A DNA stretch of 63,863 nucleotides, the filler included, from Octopus bimaculoides (taxonomy: Eukaryota), in NCBI RefSeq assembly GCF_001194135.2. It is 10 parts of 9 records of this genome, joined end to end, with 100 filler letters (N's around TTAATTAATTAA, not from the genome) between each part and the next. Parts side by side here need not be neighbours in the genome. Positions count along the whole stretch, not along the records: positions 8,384 to 29,438 come from NC_068984.1; 9 more parts are not named here. One strand, 5' to 3'. Positions 13,660 through 25,266 of this stretch are shown one piece after another (position 1 is the first letter of the stretch; each line of letters begins with the position of its first letter). The position numbers and the translations under genes are program-made. The notes beneath the pieces were generated by a model. That model was not told the DNA's origin, made no database searches, and worked only from the letters and a program-made list of their open reading frames with translations.

Positions 13660-14200
13660 AGTTCATTTCCATTTCTCCTTGACTAGATCCAGTTTGAACT
13701 CTTCTCAGCTGCTCCTGCCATTGCCTTCAGAGCTCTGGTTCTCTTTTTCACAGATACAAATCCTGAGAGCCGTTTCACGAGAACGTAGGCAGATCTGCTC
13801 ACAAACACTCTCGCTTCCAGCTTTACGGAAAGAAATTTTCTTGGAAGCCAGGTTATCACAATTTGAGGATTAAACTATTATACCTCTAAGTCTTGTAGAT
13901 GTGGGCTTTCTTCATTTTGCTTTCATATGGCATGGTGAGTTAAATCAGAACCACTTGTTTTGACGATAGTGAATTGGATACAATATCTGGTCTCATACCG
14001 ATCTTGTTTATGATTTCGGGATGAATTTTCTATTCCGGAAGGTCTGCTGAGCACTCACAGCCAACCGCTCCATCCAGTAGAACCCGCTTCAATTGGTACA
14101 GTTGTTTCAGGCCAAAATTTTCGCTTCTTACTGTGTAGAACATTGGTGGAGCTTCTGGTGGTGGCACATGTTGCATAAAAGGTGTCTTGAATGCATTTGA
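13660..14200 (-). mobile_element. HERO/NeSL-clade non-LTR retrotransposon, C-terminal restriction-like endonuclease (RLE) fragment
   Basis: Translation GMRPDIVSNSLSSKQVVLI*LTMPYESKMKKAHIYKT*RYNSL (RLE motif RPDIV...ELTVPWE...A...K...KY), followed by KKRTRALKAMAGAAEKSSNWI*SRR (HERO-type end AAEKASxWLWxKR). Confidence 0.8.
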
Positions 14201-14309
14201 ATGCACCTGCATATGTTTCTCCTTCAGGCTGAAGACTTTATCACTTATTTGTATACGATGCGTACTTTTTTCTCATTCTTTTTCTATGTAAACTCCAACA
14301 CATGTTGCA

Positions 14310-14421
14310 TAAGAAAAGTACGCCTGGCAGTATTTGTTCCGACTATTTACGTTCTGAGTTCGAATCTATCTCCAAAGATAGATTTTCCTTCGTTTCTTCA
14401 GGGTTGATAAAATAAAGTACC
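14310..14421 (+). mobile_element. Degenerate tRNA-SINE fragment
   Basis: TTTACGTTCTGAGTTCGAATC...CAGGGTTGATAAAATAAAGTACC is shared with other SINE copies in the window. Confidence 0.65.
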
Positions 14422-16063
14422 ATTCAAATAAAACATCTGGAAGATACTACAAGATCTGTATTTAACAACATATTTTGAGGTTGCATTTGTGATCTACGCT
14501 GACAATCAAATTGATTAACGATCTATTGGTAGTCTATATTTACAGCTATATAAGTGTAAAAATTGATACATTTATTAACAAAATATTGGATAACAGTGTG
14601 TTAACCGAAGTTTGTTACGAAGAAATATAAAATCAAAGCATTAAGTCATCTAGTAGCAAGGTGGCATGTACAATTGAATCAGTCTTAGTACCTTATTGCT
14701 ACTAATTTTCTTCACATTGAAGAGATCACTGTCAAAAACATCCATCCCTCTGCTCGAGACAAATACTTTATTTTCCACTCTTTCTTACACCCAAAATACA
14801 TGTATTAGCCAATTTTGATTATATTTTAAAAATTTCCTCAATATCGAAACAGCGTTTACAAGTACTAAACAAAAAAAAAAAAAGAAGTTTGTTTCTAATT
14901 AAAATGGAAAGAAAGCTAACGTTGCAATATCACCAATAACCCAAAAGACCACCGGTTCCTTGTCAATCAGAAAACAAAAGAAAAAAAGCTGGTTTCTTCC
15001 TGTGAAAGACACCGATCCCATCAAAATGAGCGAAAAAATCGAATAACTGGGCCAGGGCTGCACATGTTTAATGTTTCATATTTATTTAAATAACTAGTTT
15101 TAGTAGTTGTCAGTCCCAAATAATTTTTTTCTCAAGAGAGAAAATACGGCGCCCAAATGTCAGAGATTCAAGCGAGAGGCGTTAACTTCAAAAGAATATN
15201 NNNNNNNNNNNNNNNNNNNNNNNNNNNNNNNNNNNNNNNNNNNNNNNNNNNNNNNNNNNNNNNNNNNNNNNNNNNNNNNNNNNNNNNNNNNNNNNNNNNN
15301 NNNNNNNNNNNNNNNNNNNNNNNNNNNNNNNNNNNNNNNNNNNNNNNNNNNNNNNNNNNNNNNNNNNNNNNNNNNNNNNNNNNNNNNNNNNNNNNNNNNN
15401 NNNNNNNNNNNNNNNNNNNNNNNNNNNNNNNNNNNNNNNNNNNNNNNNNNNNNNNNNNNNNNNNNNNNNNNNNNNNNNNNNNNNNNNNNNNNNNNNNNNN
15501 NNNNNNNNNNNNNNNNNNNNNNNNNNNNNNNNNNNNNNNNNNNNNNNNNNNNNNNNNNNNNNNNNNNNNNNNNNNNNNNNNNNNNNNNNNNNNNNNNNNN
15601 NNNNNNNNNNNNNNNNNNNNNNNNNNNNNNNNNNNNNNNNNNNNNNNNNNNNNNNNNNNNNNNNNNNNNNNNNNNNNNNNNNNNNNNNNNNNNNNNNNNN
15701 NNNNNNNNNNNNNNNNNNNNNNNNNNNNNNNNNNNNNNNNNNNNNNNNNNNNNNNNNNNNNNNNNNNNNNNNNNNNNNNNNNNNNNNNNNNNNNNNNNNN
15801 NNNNNNNNNNNNNNNNNNNNNNNNNNNNNNNNNNNNNNNNNNNNNNNNNNNNNNNNNNNNNNNNNNNNNNNNNNNNNNNNNNNNNNNNNNNNNNNNNNNN
15901 NNNNNNNNNNNNNNNNNNNNNNNNNNNNNNNNNNNNNNNNNNNNNNNNNNNNNNNNNNNNNNNNNNNNNNNNNNNNNNNNNNNNNNNNNNNNNNNNNNNN
16001 NNNNNNNNNNNNNNNNNNNNNNNNNNNNNNNNNNNNNNNNNNNNNNNNNNNNNNNNNNNNNNN

Positions 16064-17484
16064 TCCTCTCCCACATCCACGACACAACCATGCTCTCCGT
16101 CTCTTCAACTCTTTCTCCTTCCCTCCTGGCCCCTCTAGACTTCCCTTCACTCTTGAAATCAAGGGTCTATATACGGTGATCCCACACAACGAAGAACTTC
16201 TTGTACTCAAACACTACCTAAACCTTCGACCCAGCCCCCAACCTGACACCTCCACACTTCTTCGTCTGGCTGAACTTGTTCTATTCCTCAATTGCTTCTC
16301 GTTCGCAGAGTATTTTTACCAACACGTCTCGAGAGTGGCCATAGGATCGAGAATGGGCCCCAACTATGCGAATCTGTTCGTTGGCTATGTTGAGGCCCAA
16401 ATATTTTCACGATTCTCTTTGGAACTATACGGTCATTATATTGATGACTCTATCGGGGCGACATCACTCCTGCGAACAACTAGACTCCTTTCTCTCTTTT
16501 GTCCAATACTTCTATCCTGTCCTAGAATTCTCTTGCACTATTTCCAACACTTCTGTTGCATTTCTCGACATTTCGGTCAACGTACACCACTCCGTTCTCA
16601 CTACCTCCATCCACTACAAACACACCGACTCACACTCGTATCTTAACTTCTCTTCCTCCTTCCCTACCCACACCAAGCTCACCATCCCTTACTCCCAATT
16701 CCTACGCCTGCGCAGTCACTGCAATAACAACCATGACTTTCAGACTCAGTTTCAACTCATGGTTCGCCACTTCATCCTTCGTAGATATCTTCTCACCACT
16801 ATCCACGCAGCACTTGCCAGAGCACATTCTGTAGACTGTGCCTCTGCTCTCTCTTCCCACAGCCACCCCACCGTTGCCCGTCTCTCGTTTCCCCTCATCT
16901 ACCCCTCCACCCTGTCCCTCCAACGCACCATTGTCTGAACCTTCCGGCGATTCTAGTCCGACACCTCCACCTCACACATCTTCCCCAACCTGCTCCTTCT
17001 CTCCTTCAAATGAGCCCCCGACCTGCGTGACCACCTGGTCCGCAGTTTCTTCCCTAAACCCACCTCCCAACTTGGCTCGTTCCCCTGCTCCCGCTGCTAC
17101 ACTTATCCCTACCTCTCCAACACCACCATCCTCACAGGCATTCATCATCGTTCCTATCATATCACTGACTTCTTTATCTGCACTTCTAGCAACGTCATTT
17201 ACTTCATCTCCTGCTCTTCCTGCCCTTCTCTGTACACCGGTCAAACGAGTCGCCGCTTGGCTGACCGGTTCATGGAGCACCTCTGAGACATCACACTCGG
17301 TCATGACACTCCGGTCTCGCGCCACTTCTGCTCTCCCGGTCATTCATTACAATACCTGTATATGTTCACATTGTCTTTGCACAGGAGCCATCCGGACTCC
17401 CGCCTTCGCCGTGAACAGGAATTAATCTTCTCTTTTCGCTCCTTTGCGCTACATGGGCTCAACTCTCCTCCACTCTTCATCTGA
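16064..17484 (+). mobile_element. Penelope-like element (Neptune-like): RT + GIY-YIG endonuclease, pseudogenised
   Basis: RT motifs LAELVLFLNCFSF, VAIGSRMGPNYANLFVG, YIDD, VAFLDI and HYKHTDSHSYL. The same frame continues to CTSSNVIYFISCSSCPSLYTGQTSRRLADRFMEH (GIY-YIG). One frameshift near 16460; stops at 16936, 16954, 17011 and 17284. Confidence 0.95.
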
Positions 17485-18056
17485 CTCCTCTCCTCTCTTC
17501 ATCTGACACCTATTTCCTCCCTTCACTCTTACCCACCTTCTCTCTTCACTGATACCCACCTTCTCTTTTCATTGATATCCCTTTGACCCAACCACCCGCC
17601 CCCACTCCCACCTTACGCGCGCGGGGTAATAATTAGAAAAAGTTTCTTTAAAAGTTATTAACTATTAAAATATTTTTTTTAGATTTAACAGAATGTCCGT
17701 AACCTTTGTGGAAGAAGTCTGTATACAGTATTTTATGCCTACAGTGTATTTTGTATTTAAGCACTTTCGTTTTTCAACTTTTCAAATACGCGTTCTAGGC
17801 TAATGCATATCAGGAAGCTGTTTCTTTTTGCAATGGTGTTAGCTATTCCGGTTTAGTTTCAGATTTAGAATTTTTGTAAAGTATTCTTCTTTTGTTTTTC
17901 GTAGTTGATCATTTTCATCTTAGATTTTGTTAAAAGTGAATATTTTAAATTGTTGACTATACGTATATATAGTCACATACACATACACGCACACACAAAC
18001 CACACAATACACACGCCGCAAACTACACAGACATATAATGCATATATGATATGAGA

Positions 18057-18203
<147 letters not shown>

Positions 18204-18449
18204 TAAAACATCAGCTTGAGACTACAAATATTCTGCACATTACGTCAAATCATGTTTACTTGCTTTGTTGCTGCATGTCTCTGTTGTGCATGTAGTCACC
18301 ATGCCAAAATGAAGGTAGCTGTAACTACCTTTAGAAACTATTATTAAGAAGCATGAGAAGGCAGTAGAAAACACTACGAATTTATATTTAACAACACAAC
18401 AAAGTGCAGTATTTCTTTTATTTCAAAACTAGAAAAGGTTAATTTGTTT

Positions 18450-18980
18450 TTTCAATCTGTATTTAAACACCGTTCACTTGCCTGTGTAAGCTCATGAGTA
18501 GATTTTTCCATTATACTTTGCCAATAACGTCTCTATTCTTTTTCTCCGTAAATAATCCAGTAGGTAAGGCATTTAAGTACAAAGTCACGCAGTCCACCTC
18601 CATTGGAAATACAGTGGATTGATAAGGTCCCTATATTTAAGATGCTTCGTTTAATGAGTTTGTCCTACTTTATTTATTGTACAGTAAATCTCACAAACAC
18701 AGCTGTTATTGAATTGGAGAATGACATAAATTTAGCAGGGTTTGTTGCTCGGATATGCATTGGGTACCCATTTCTTCGTACTTTCCACAGAAAAGTTCTC
18801 GTTCTAATTTCTTTTTATCTCTTGGGGAAACACATAAGAGTATCTTGTCAATTTAGCTTGCATTGCTCATGATGCTTTTGTATTTGAAAGATCAACAGCG
18901 AGAATCTTAAGGATGAAGTTGACCTGCCAGTCATATTCTGTCGTGGATGGCTTACATTTTGTTAAAGTGTCAAGCAAAAA
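18450..18980 (-). mobile_element. Decayed Penelope-like element, RT thumb/linker region
   Basis: Minus-strand frames give CKPSTTEY, GQLHP*...KSIM...DKILLCVS...LERELF and RRNGYPMHI (cf. PLE LxxNGYPxxFI). Many stops. Confidence 0.5.
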
Positions 18981-19084
18981 TAAAAATTAAACCTTTACTT
19001 TATTTCTGCTTGAGCTTCTCTTCAAATATGTCTTTTATAATGGAAAAGAATTGACTGGGGTTGTTTTGTGTGCGTGTATATATA

Positions 19085-21420
19085 CCGTATGTTTCCGTGT
19101 ATAAGACGACCGTTGGATAAGACGGGGTCAAGATTTGTAAAAAAAAAAATCATAATTTATCTCATATCTGTAGTATAAGACGACTGCTAAATTACAAAAC
19201 CATCTGTGTATAGGCGAGCTTTTACAACAACAAGTATCTTTAGAAATATTGCTCATGTAAAGATGATGTTATTACAAATGTTTATTTTTTTTTAACTTAC
19301 TATATCCTTAGAAATTAAAATAAGCGAAATAACAAATCCGTTTCTATATCATGTTATTTCATGCACACGTCACCTAAAAGGGAACCTGATTCTTCTTCTT
19401 TATCAAAACTTTATCGCTATCATAACAACCGCTAACAACAATACGATAATGGTGATTCATATGACTGAAATGTTCCAAACAGTTACAGTCAGCCTGGAAT
19501 ATTAACAACCATTTACCTATACTTCATATAAAATCACAAACTGTCTAGTCAAGTGAAATTTATAATTATTTTATACCCATACCAATATGGAAAAAGAAGA
19601 AAATATAGGGCTGGTTTTAAATTGAAAGTTATAGAAGTAGCCAAGTGTTCGAACAATTGTGCTGCTGCTAGAACGTTCGATGTTTCCGAGAAAATAGTTG
19701 AGAGTGGAAAAAGAATGAGGAAAAATTAAGACGAATGCCCAAACAAAAATATGCAATGAGAAGAGGAAGCACTCGTTGGCCGAAGTTGGGAAATGATGTA
19801 GCAGAATGGGTTGCGGCACTCCCTCGGTTACGACGATGAGGGTTCCAGTTGATCCGATCAACGGAACAGCCTGCTCGTGAAATTAACGTGCAAGTGACTG
19901 AGCACTCCACAGACACGTGTACTCTTAACGTATTTCTTGGGGAGATTCAGCATGACACAGAGTGTGACAAGGCTGGCCCTTTGAAATACAGGTACAAGAG
20001 AAACAGGAAGAATAAACATGAAGAAAGAGTGAGAGAAAGTTGTGATGAAAGAATACATCAGGGTTCGCCACCACACCCTGCCGGAGCCTCTTGGAACTTT
20101 AGGTGTTTTTGCTCAATAAACACTCCCAACGCCCGGTCTGGGAATCAAAGCTGCGATCTAACCACTGGGCTATTGCGCCTCCACAGCAGAATGGGTATTC
20201 CAGCAGAAACAAGATGGCTACATTGTAACACGAAATAAAATAAGATCTTATGCCCTGAAATGGGCTAAATCATATAAAGGAGAAAGTAAAGGTTTTAAAA
20301 CAACAGTAGGCTGGTGCAATCATTTTATGAACAGAAAAAATCTGGTAATAAGGAAGAAAACAAAACCCGCCCAGAAACTCTCGTGAGATCTCTATCAAAA
20401 ACTAACCAGTTTTCACCAGTTCATCATCCAGCTGAGAAAAGGGCATCAGTTCCCATTGTCTCATATTGGAAATATGGATGAAACTCCATTAAACTTTGAC
20501 ATTCTGGGTAACAAAACGGTATATTTGAAAGGAGTAAAAACAGTGCACGTTAAAAGCACAGGATATGAGAAAATGAGGTTTACAGTGGTATTGTTCTGCA
20601 TGGCTGACGGTACAAAATTAAAACCCATGGTTATTTTTAAATGTAAAACAAAGCCCAAAATAGATTTTCCTCCTGGCGTTTTTGTTCATTTTCACGAGAA
20701 AGGGTGGATGGATGAGAGCAGTGTGAAATTATGGATTGAGAATATTTAGAACAGGCAGCCAGGTGGCGCACGAAGCGAACGCATTTCATTAGTTTGGGAT
20801 ATGTTTCGTAGGCACGTAACGGTAAATGATAAAACCCGGTTATCCAAAACCACTACTGATATTGTTGTTATTTCTGGTGGTTTGACTTCTATACTGCAGC
20901 CACTAGATGTCAGTTTAAACAAACCATTTAAATATAATGTGAGAGAGCAATGGAATGACTGGATGATGAATGGAGAAAAATCTTTTACAACAGGTGGAGC
21001 TATGCGCGCTGTCTCACTTGATGCTCTCTGTGATTTTGTTATAAAGGCATGGGACAAAGTTAAAGTAGAAAATGTAGTAAAATTACTTTTAAAAATACGG
21101 TATCTCTAATGTCATGGATGGTACCGTAGGTGATATTCTGTACATTAGCGACGACGAAGCCGAAGTCGATTCACCAGAACCAGATTGAAATCCTTACGAT
21201 GATGGCATATGAGTTGAATCTTGTGATATGTCCGAGAAATTTTTAGAAACAGATAGTAATGATCGTGAGGAATTTGATGGGTCTTAGATAAATACATGTG
21301 GCAGGTCTTATTAATATTATTTATTTTGGTAGGAAATAAAAAAAATTATGTCTCATTTTTTAAATGCAACTACTGTAAAATAATTTTATTGAAAAATAAA
21401 GGTTTGTGTGTAATCCAAAT
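19085..21420 (+). mobile_element. pogo-superfamily (Passer-type, DD35D) DNA transposon, interrupted by a SINE
   Basis: TA + CCGTATGTTTCCGTGTATAAGACGAC left TIR. N-terminal YRAGFKLKVIE (Brinker-like DBD), CENP-B-type HTH (FKTTVGWCNHFMNR), GNMDETP, VWDMF and LQPLD with 35 residues between the last two D. Several stops; the right TIR is not visible. Confidence 0.92.
19812..20184 (-). mobile_element. tRNA-derived SINE inserted in the pogo ORF, 12-bp TSD
   Basis: TSD AGCAGAATGGGT at 19800-19811 and 20185-20196. Head GTGGAGGCGCAATAGCCCAGTGG. Homologous to 54709-55061 and 57046-57371. Confidence 0.93.
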
Positions 21421-21730
21421 TGTGTTATTTACGACCAAATGATAATAGATATTTTATGAAAAATATAAATATGTTATTTGAAATGTTATTACTACAGTTA
21501 TACATCACCATTAAAATTTTTCAAGGGTTAGCGAAAGATAAAGGTTACTGTGAGCTCAACCATAACTCGATGTTTACATTTTCTCAGCCGAGGTCGCATA
21601 GACAGAAGTTGATTTCAATGATAGAATTATCTCTCGAATAAGCTATTTATTATGAAGATATGCCAATAATATATAAAGTGGAAATGTTTTTATATCCTAA
21701 ATCATAATTTTAAAAAATTTTGTTTGGGTA

Positions 21731-21736
21731 TATCTA

Positions 21737-21805
<69 letters not shown>

Positions 21806-21863
21806 CTATCTATCCATCTATCTATCTCTATCTATCCATCTATCCATCTCTCTCTCTCTCCCT
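21731..21863. repeat. (TATC)n/(TC)n microsatellite
   Basis: Direct reading. Confidence 0.95.
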
Positions 21864-22448
21864 NNNNNNNNNNNNNNNNNNNNNNNNNNNNNNNNNNNNN
21901 NNNNNNNNNNNNNNNNNNNNNNNNNNNNNNNNNNNNNNNNNNNNNNNNNNNNNNNNNNNNNNNNNNNNNNNNNNNNNNNNNNNNNNNNNNNNNNNNNNNN
22001 NNNNNNNNNNNNNNNNNNNNNNNNNNNNNNNNNNNNNNNNNNNNNNNNNNNNNNNNNNNNNNNNNNNNNNNNNNNNNNNNNNNNNNNNNNNNNNNNNNNN
22101 NNNNNNNNNNNNNNNNNNNNNNNNNNNNNNNNNNNNNNNNNNNNNNNNNNNNNNNNNNNNNNNNNNNNNNNNNNNNNNNNNNNNNNNNNNNNNNNNNNNN
22201 NNNNNNNNNNNNNNNNNNNNNNNNNNNNNNNNNNNNNNNNNNNNNNNNNNNNNNNNNNNNNNNNNNNNNNNNNNNNNNNNNNNNNNNNNNNNNNNNNNNN
22301 NNNNNNNNNNNNNNNNNNNNNNNNNNNNNNNNNNNNNNNNNNNNNNNNNNNNNNNNNNNNNNNNNNNNNNNNNNNNNNNNNNNNNNNNNNNNNNNNNNNN
22401 NNNNNNNNNNNNNNNNNNNNNNNNNNNNTATATATATATATATATATA

Positions 22449-22877
22449 TTCTTTTACTTGTTTCAGTCATTTGACTGTGGCCATGCTGGAGCACCGCCTT
22501 TAGTCGAGCAAATCGACCCCAGAACTTATTCTTTGTAAGCCTAGTACTTATTCTATCGGTCCTTTTGCCGAACCGCTAATTTACGGGGCGTAAACACACC
22601 AGCATCGGGACAAACACAGACACACAAACATATACACATACATACATATATATACATATATACGACGGGCTTCTTTCAGTTTCCGTCTACCAAATCCACT
22701 CACAAGGCTTTGGTCGGCNNNNNNNNNNCAGTTTCCGTCTACCAAATCCACTCACAAGGCTTTGGTCGGCCCGAGGCTATAGTAGAAGACACTTGCCTAA
22801 GGTGCCACGCAGTGGGACTGAACTCGGAACCATGTGGCTGGTAAGTAAGCTATTTACCACACAGCCACTCCCGCACC
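22449..22877 (-). mobile_element. CORE-SINE, near full length
   Basis: Reverse complement matches 41997-42406, including GGCACCTTAGGCAAGTGTCTT and the 3' TGACTGAAACAAGTAAAAG. Confidence 0.92.
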
Positions 22878-22925
22878 TGCATATATTTAATATATAATAA
22901 AAATTTAATATATAATAAAAAATAT

Positions 22926-23264
22926 TTTCTTAAGTAACCAGAAGATGGATTTGATATTAATCTTTATTTTGTACAACGGTCGTTTCGACCTATCCTGCTA
23001 TTGTCTCCTATGGATGGGACTCCGTTCAACATGTGCTGAATCCATTTTGCAGCCATATAACAACATGACAGCCAAAACTCAGGATCTTTAGCGAGACACA
23101 ACTTTATGTATGGATGTACCTGATGAGACTCAGACTGCAAAATGGATGCAACACAACATCTTGAACGGAGTCCCACCCATAAGGGACAATAGCAGGATGG
23201 GTCGAAACGACTGTTGTACAAAATAAAGATTAATACCAAATCCGTCTTCTGGTTACTTAAGAAA
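22926..23264. repeat. Long inverted repeat (arms 22926-23052 and 23135-23264), probably PLE pseudo-LTR derived
   Basis: Manual alignment of the arms shows about 10 substitutions and one 3-bp indel over ~127 bp, with an 82-bp spacer. Confidence 0.92.
23115..23220 (+). ncRNA. Type I hammerhead ribozyme candidate with enlarged loop II
   Basis: Stem I TGTAC(23115)/GTACA(23216), core CTGATGA (23120-23126), stem II GACTC/GGGTC, GAAAC (23204), minimal stem III and GUU site (cleavage after 23215), followed by AATAAA. Confidence 0.7.
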
Positions 23265-23767
23265 TTATTATTATCTCAACTAACACTGCGGAGTTCCTGA
23301 AGTAGATTCTACGGAAACATACCCCGACTGCGGATGACACTAAGTAGCCCAAACTGTGCCAGTGCTCTACTAAACACTTCAACACACTAATCGACATATA
23401 CCCATTAGTCCAAAATATCATACATATATACCGTAAATCCTCGAGTATAGTCCGCCCTTGAGTATAATACGCAGGGGATTTTAGGGAGTTGTACCTCTGA
23501 AAAATCTAAACCTTGTGTATAATACGCACCCCTTCTCTAACTTCAGTCAAGGAGGTCTATATAATGTCCTTGGTTTGTAAACATATATGCGGTACTGTCC
23601 TTTATTATTATTGTATATATAACATAATGCAAACGTGTAGCTTTTTTGTGAACTTCGTTTGCAGAAAATAAAGAAATAATAGTAATAACGTCAGTGAAAA
23701 ATAAATATTAAGTAAATTGCCTTTACATATTTATCACTATCAGTTGCAAAAGCAAAAGCAAAAACAT

Positions 23768-24151
23768 TTACTCAAATCCTTCAAATTCAACGTCACTTTC
23801 AGCATGAAATAAGTGTTCCATTTGTTCCTCCGTAAACATGTCAGCATCATTGTAGTGTAAATCTCCGTCATTGTCAGATTCATAGTCAACATCAGAAGAT
23901 TCACTTTCATTTATTTCATCTTTCCATACAACGTCATCCCGAGTACCATCCAGTGCAGACGATATACAACATTTGATAAAACTTTTCACAATAATCTGGG
24001 GGTCAAGTTCATTCCATGCATACACGATCCATTTGCATATCAAAGTCAGGTCATCAACATCAAATTTTCTTCCGGCGGCCCTATTACTATGCTCTTCAGC
24101 ATATGATATAACTTCAAGTTTAAACATAGCTGAATAAGATCTACGAGGCAT
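23768..24151 (-). CDS. 127-aa in-frame fusion of pogo Brinker-like DBD start to acidic C-terminal tail (no DDE domain)
   Basis: MPRRSYSAMFKLEVISYAEEHSNRAAGRKFDVD joined directly to DLTLICKWIVYAWNELDPQIIVKSFIKCCIS...VEFEGFE*. Expression is unknown. Confidence 0.5.
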   Translation of the reverse strand: MPRRSYSAMFKLEVISYAEEHSNRAAGRKFDVDDLTLICKWIVYAWNELDPQIIVKSFIKCCISSALDGTRDDVVWKDEINESESSDVDYESDNDGDLHYNDADMFTEEQMEHLFHAESDVEFEGFE

Positions 24152-24304
24152 TTTATGGACATGTAATGTATAAAATGTTTTATTGGAGATTAATGGACAT
24201 GTTAAAGTCCCGTTTATAAAAAACCCTAGTAAAGACCCACAGTAGTTCAAATATTTAATACTGATATTTAATTAAGTATCTATTGTTTGCCACGGTAATG
24301 ATGC

Positions 24305-24415
24305 AAATTGCCAATACAAACAGCAGGATGAACTATTTAGCGCTAAACTATTAAGCACAATTCGTGCGTAATTAAACCAGCAGCACCGAGTCGAACAAAC
24401 ACTTCCGCGCATGCG
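24305..24415 (-). promoter_or_regulatory. Candidate transposase promoter (CCAAT, ETS-like, NRF1-like)
   Basis: GCCAAT near 24310, ACTTCCG at 24401-24407 and GCGCATGCG at 24407-24415, about 250 bp upstream of the ATG at 24151. Confidence 0.4.
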
Positions 24416-24644
24416 TAATACAATAATGGTGATGCTCTTAACTGTTATATGAGAATGTAAATATGCTTGCAAATTGTTTTTGTTACTTGTTATTCTGTGT
24501 TCTGAATACTTTTATTTTAATAAATGTTGCTTACTGCAAGTTATAGATGATTCTTTTATGACTTTATTGCTTTCAGGCTTAGCTTAAGGTATTTTCACGC
24601 CCGACATCACAAAATGCGTCTGAATAAACATTGCCAAACAGCAA

Positions 24645-24720
<76 letters not shown>

Positions 24721-24781
24721 TACCCCAGTGTCACTTTGATGGCATGCACTGCTCTCTCACTCAATAATATCAATAATAATG

Positions 24782-24813
<32 letters not shown>

Positions 24814-25204
24814 GATTTCTTTATTAACCACTCAGGATTTACATTAAAAAAAGCATTATGGACAACACAGGACAAATACAATGTAGGGCTACATGAAAAG
24901 CTTGTAAACAAAGAAAAGCAAAAGCAATAATCGAATATAACAATAACATTCCCCAAAGTGGGACACCTTCCAAGACTGCTCGTGAAAACCCCTCAAGTCC
25001 ACAACAGTCTTGACTACCAGGGTAACTGCCTTTCGGCTTTGTCTACAGGTGCATGCTTAGAGTAGGCCCAATTATAACAATGACAAAAATAAGAATAAAA
25101 ATAAACCAGTTATATCACGTAGAATACCATCTCTTCATCAGATATATGATTAGTCATCGCAAACAAAACTAACACTGAACACTCCCTTAACAACAACAAC
25201 AGCA

Positions 25205-25266
<62 letters not shown>

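Larger units (their letters stand above)
23431..24450 (-). mobile_element. Internally deleted pogo element
   Basis: TA + CCGTAAATCCTCGAGTATAGTCCG TIR at 23431 with subterminal GTATAATACGCA repeats. ORF carries a transposase N-terminus and C-terminus. The other TIR was not found. Confidence 0.85.

Noticed and set aside
16936-17286. In-frame TGA codons in the Neptune-like PLE as selenocysteine
   Set aside because: Contexts (FK*AP, HL*DI) fit Arg CGA-to-TGA deamination, and a TAG and a frameshift are also present.
16838-17425. 195-aa Pro/Ser-rich ORF and antisense ORFs
   Set aside because: Alternative frames of the C-rich PLE coding sequence.
22679-22770. 40-bp direct duplication inside a SINE
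   Set aside because: The copies flank a 10-N gap, which is a typical contig-overlap artefact.
23296-23322. CTGAA-GTAG-ATT-CTAC-GGAAAC hammerhead-like motif
   Set aside because: The core is incomplete and no stem I pairing is found.
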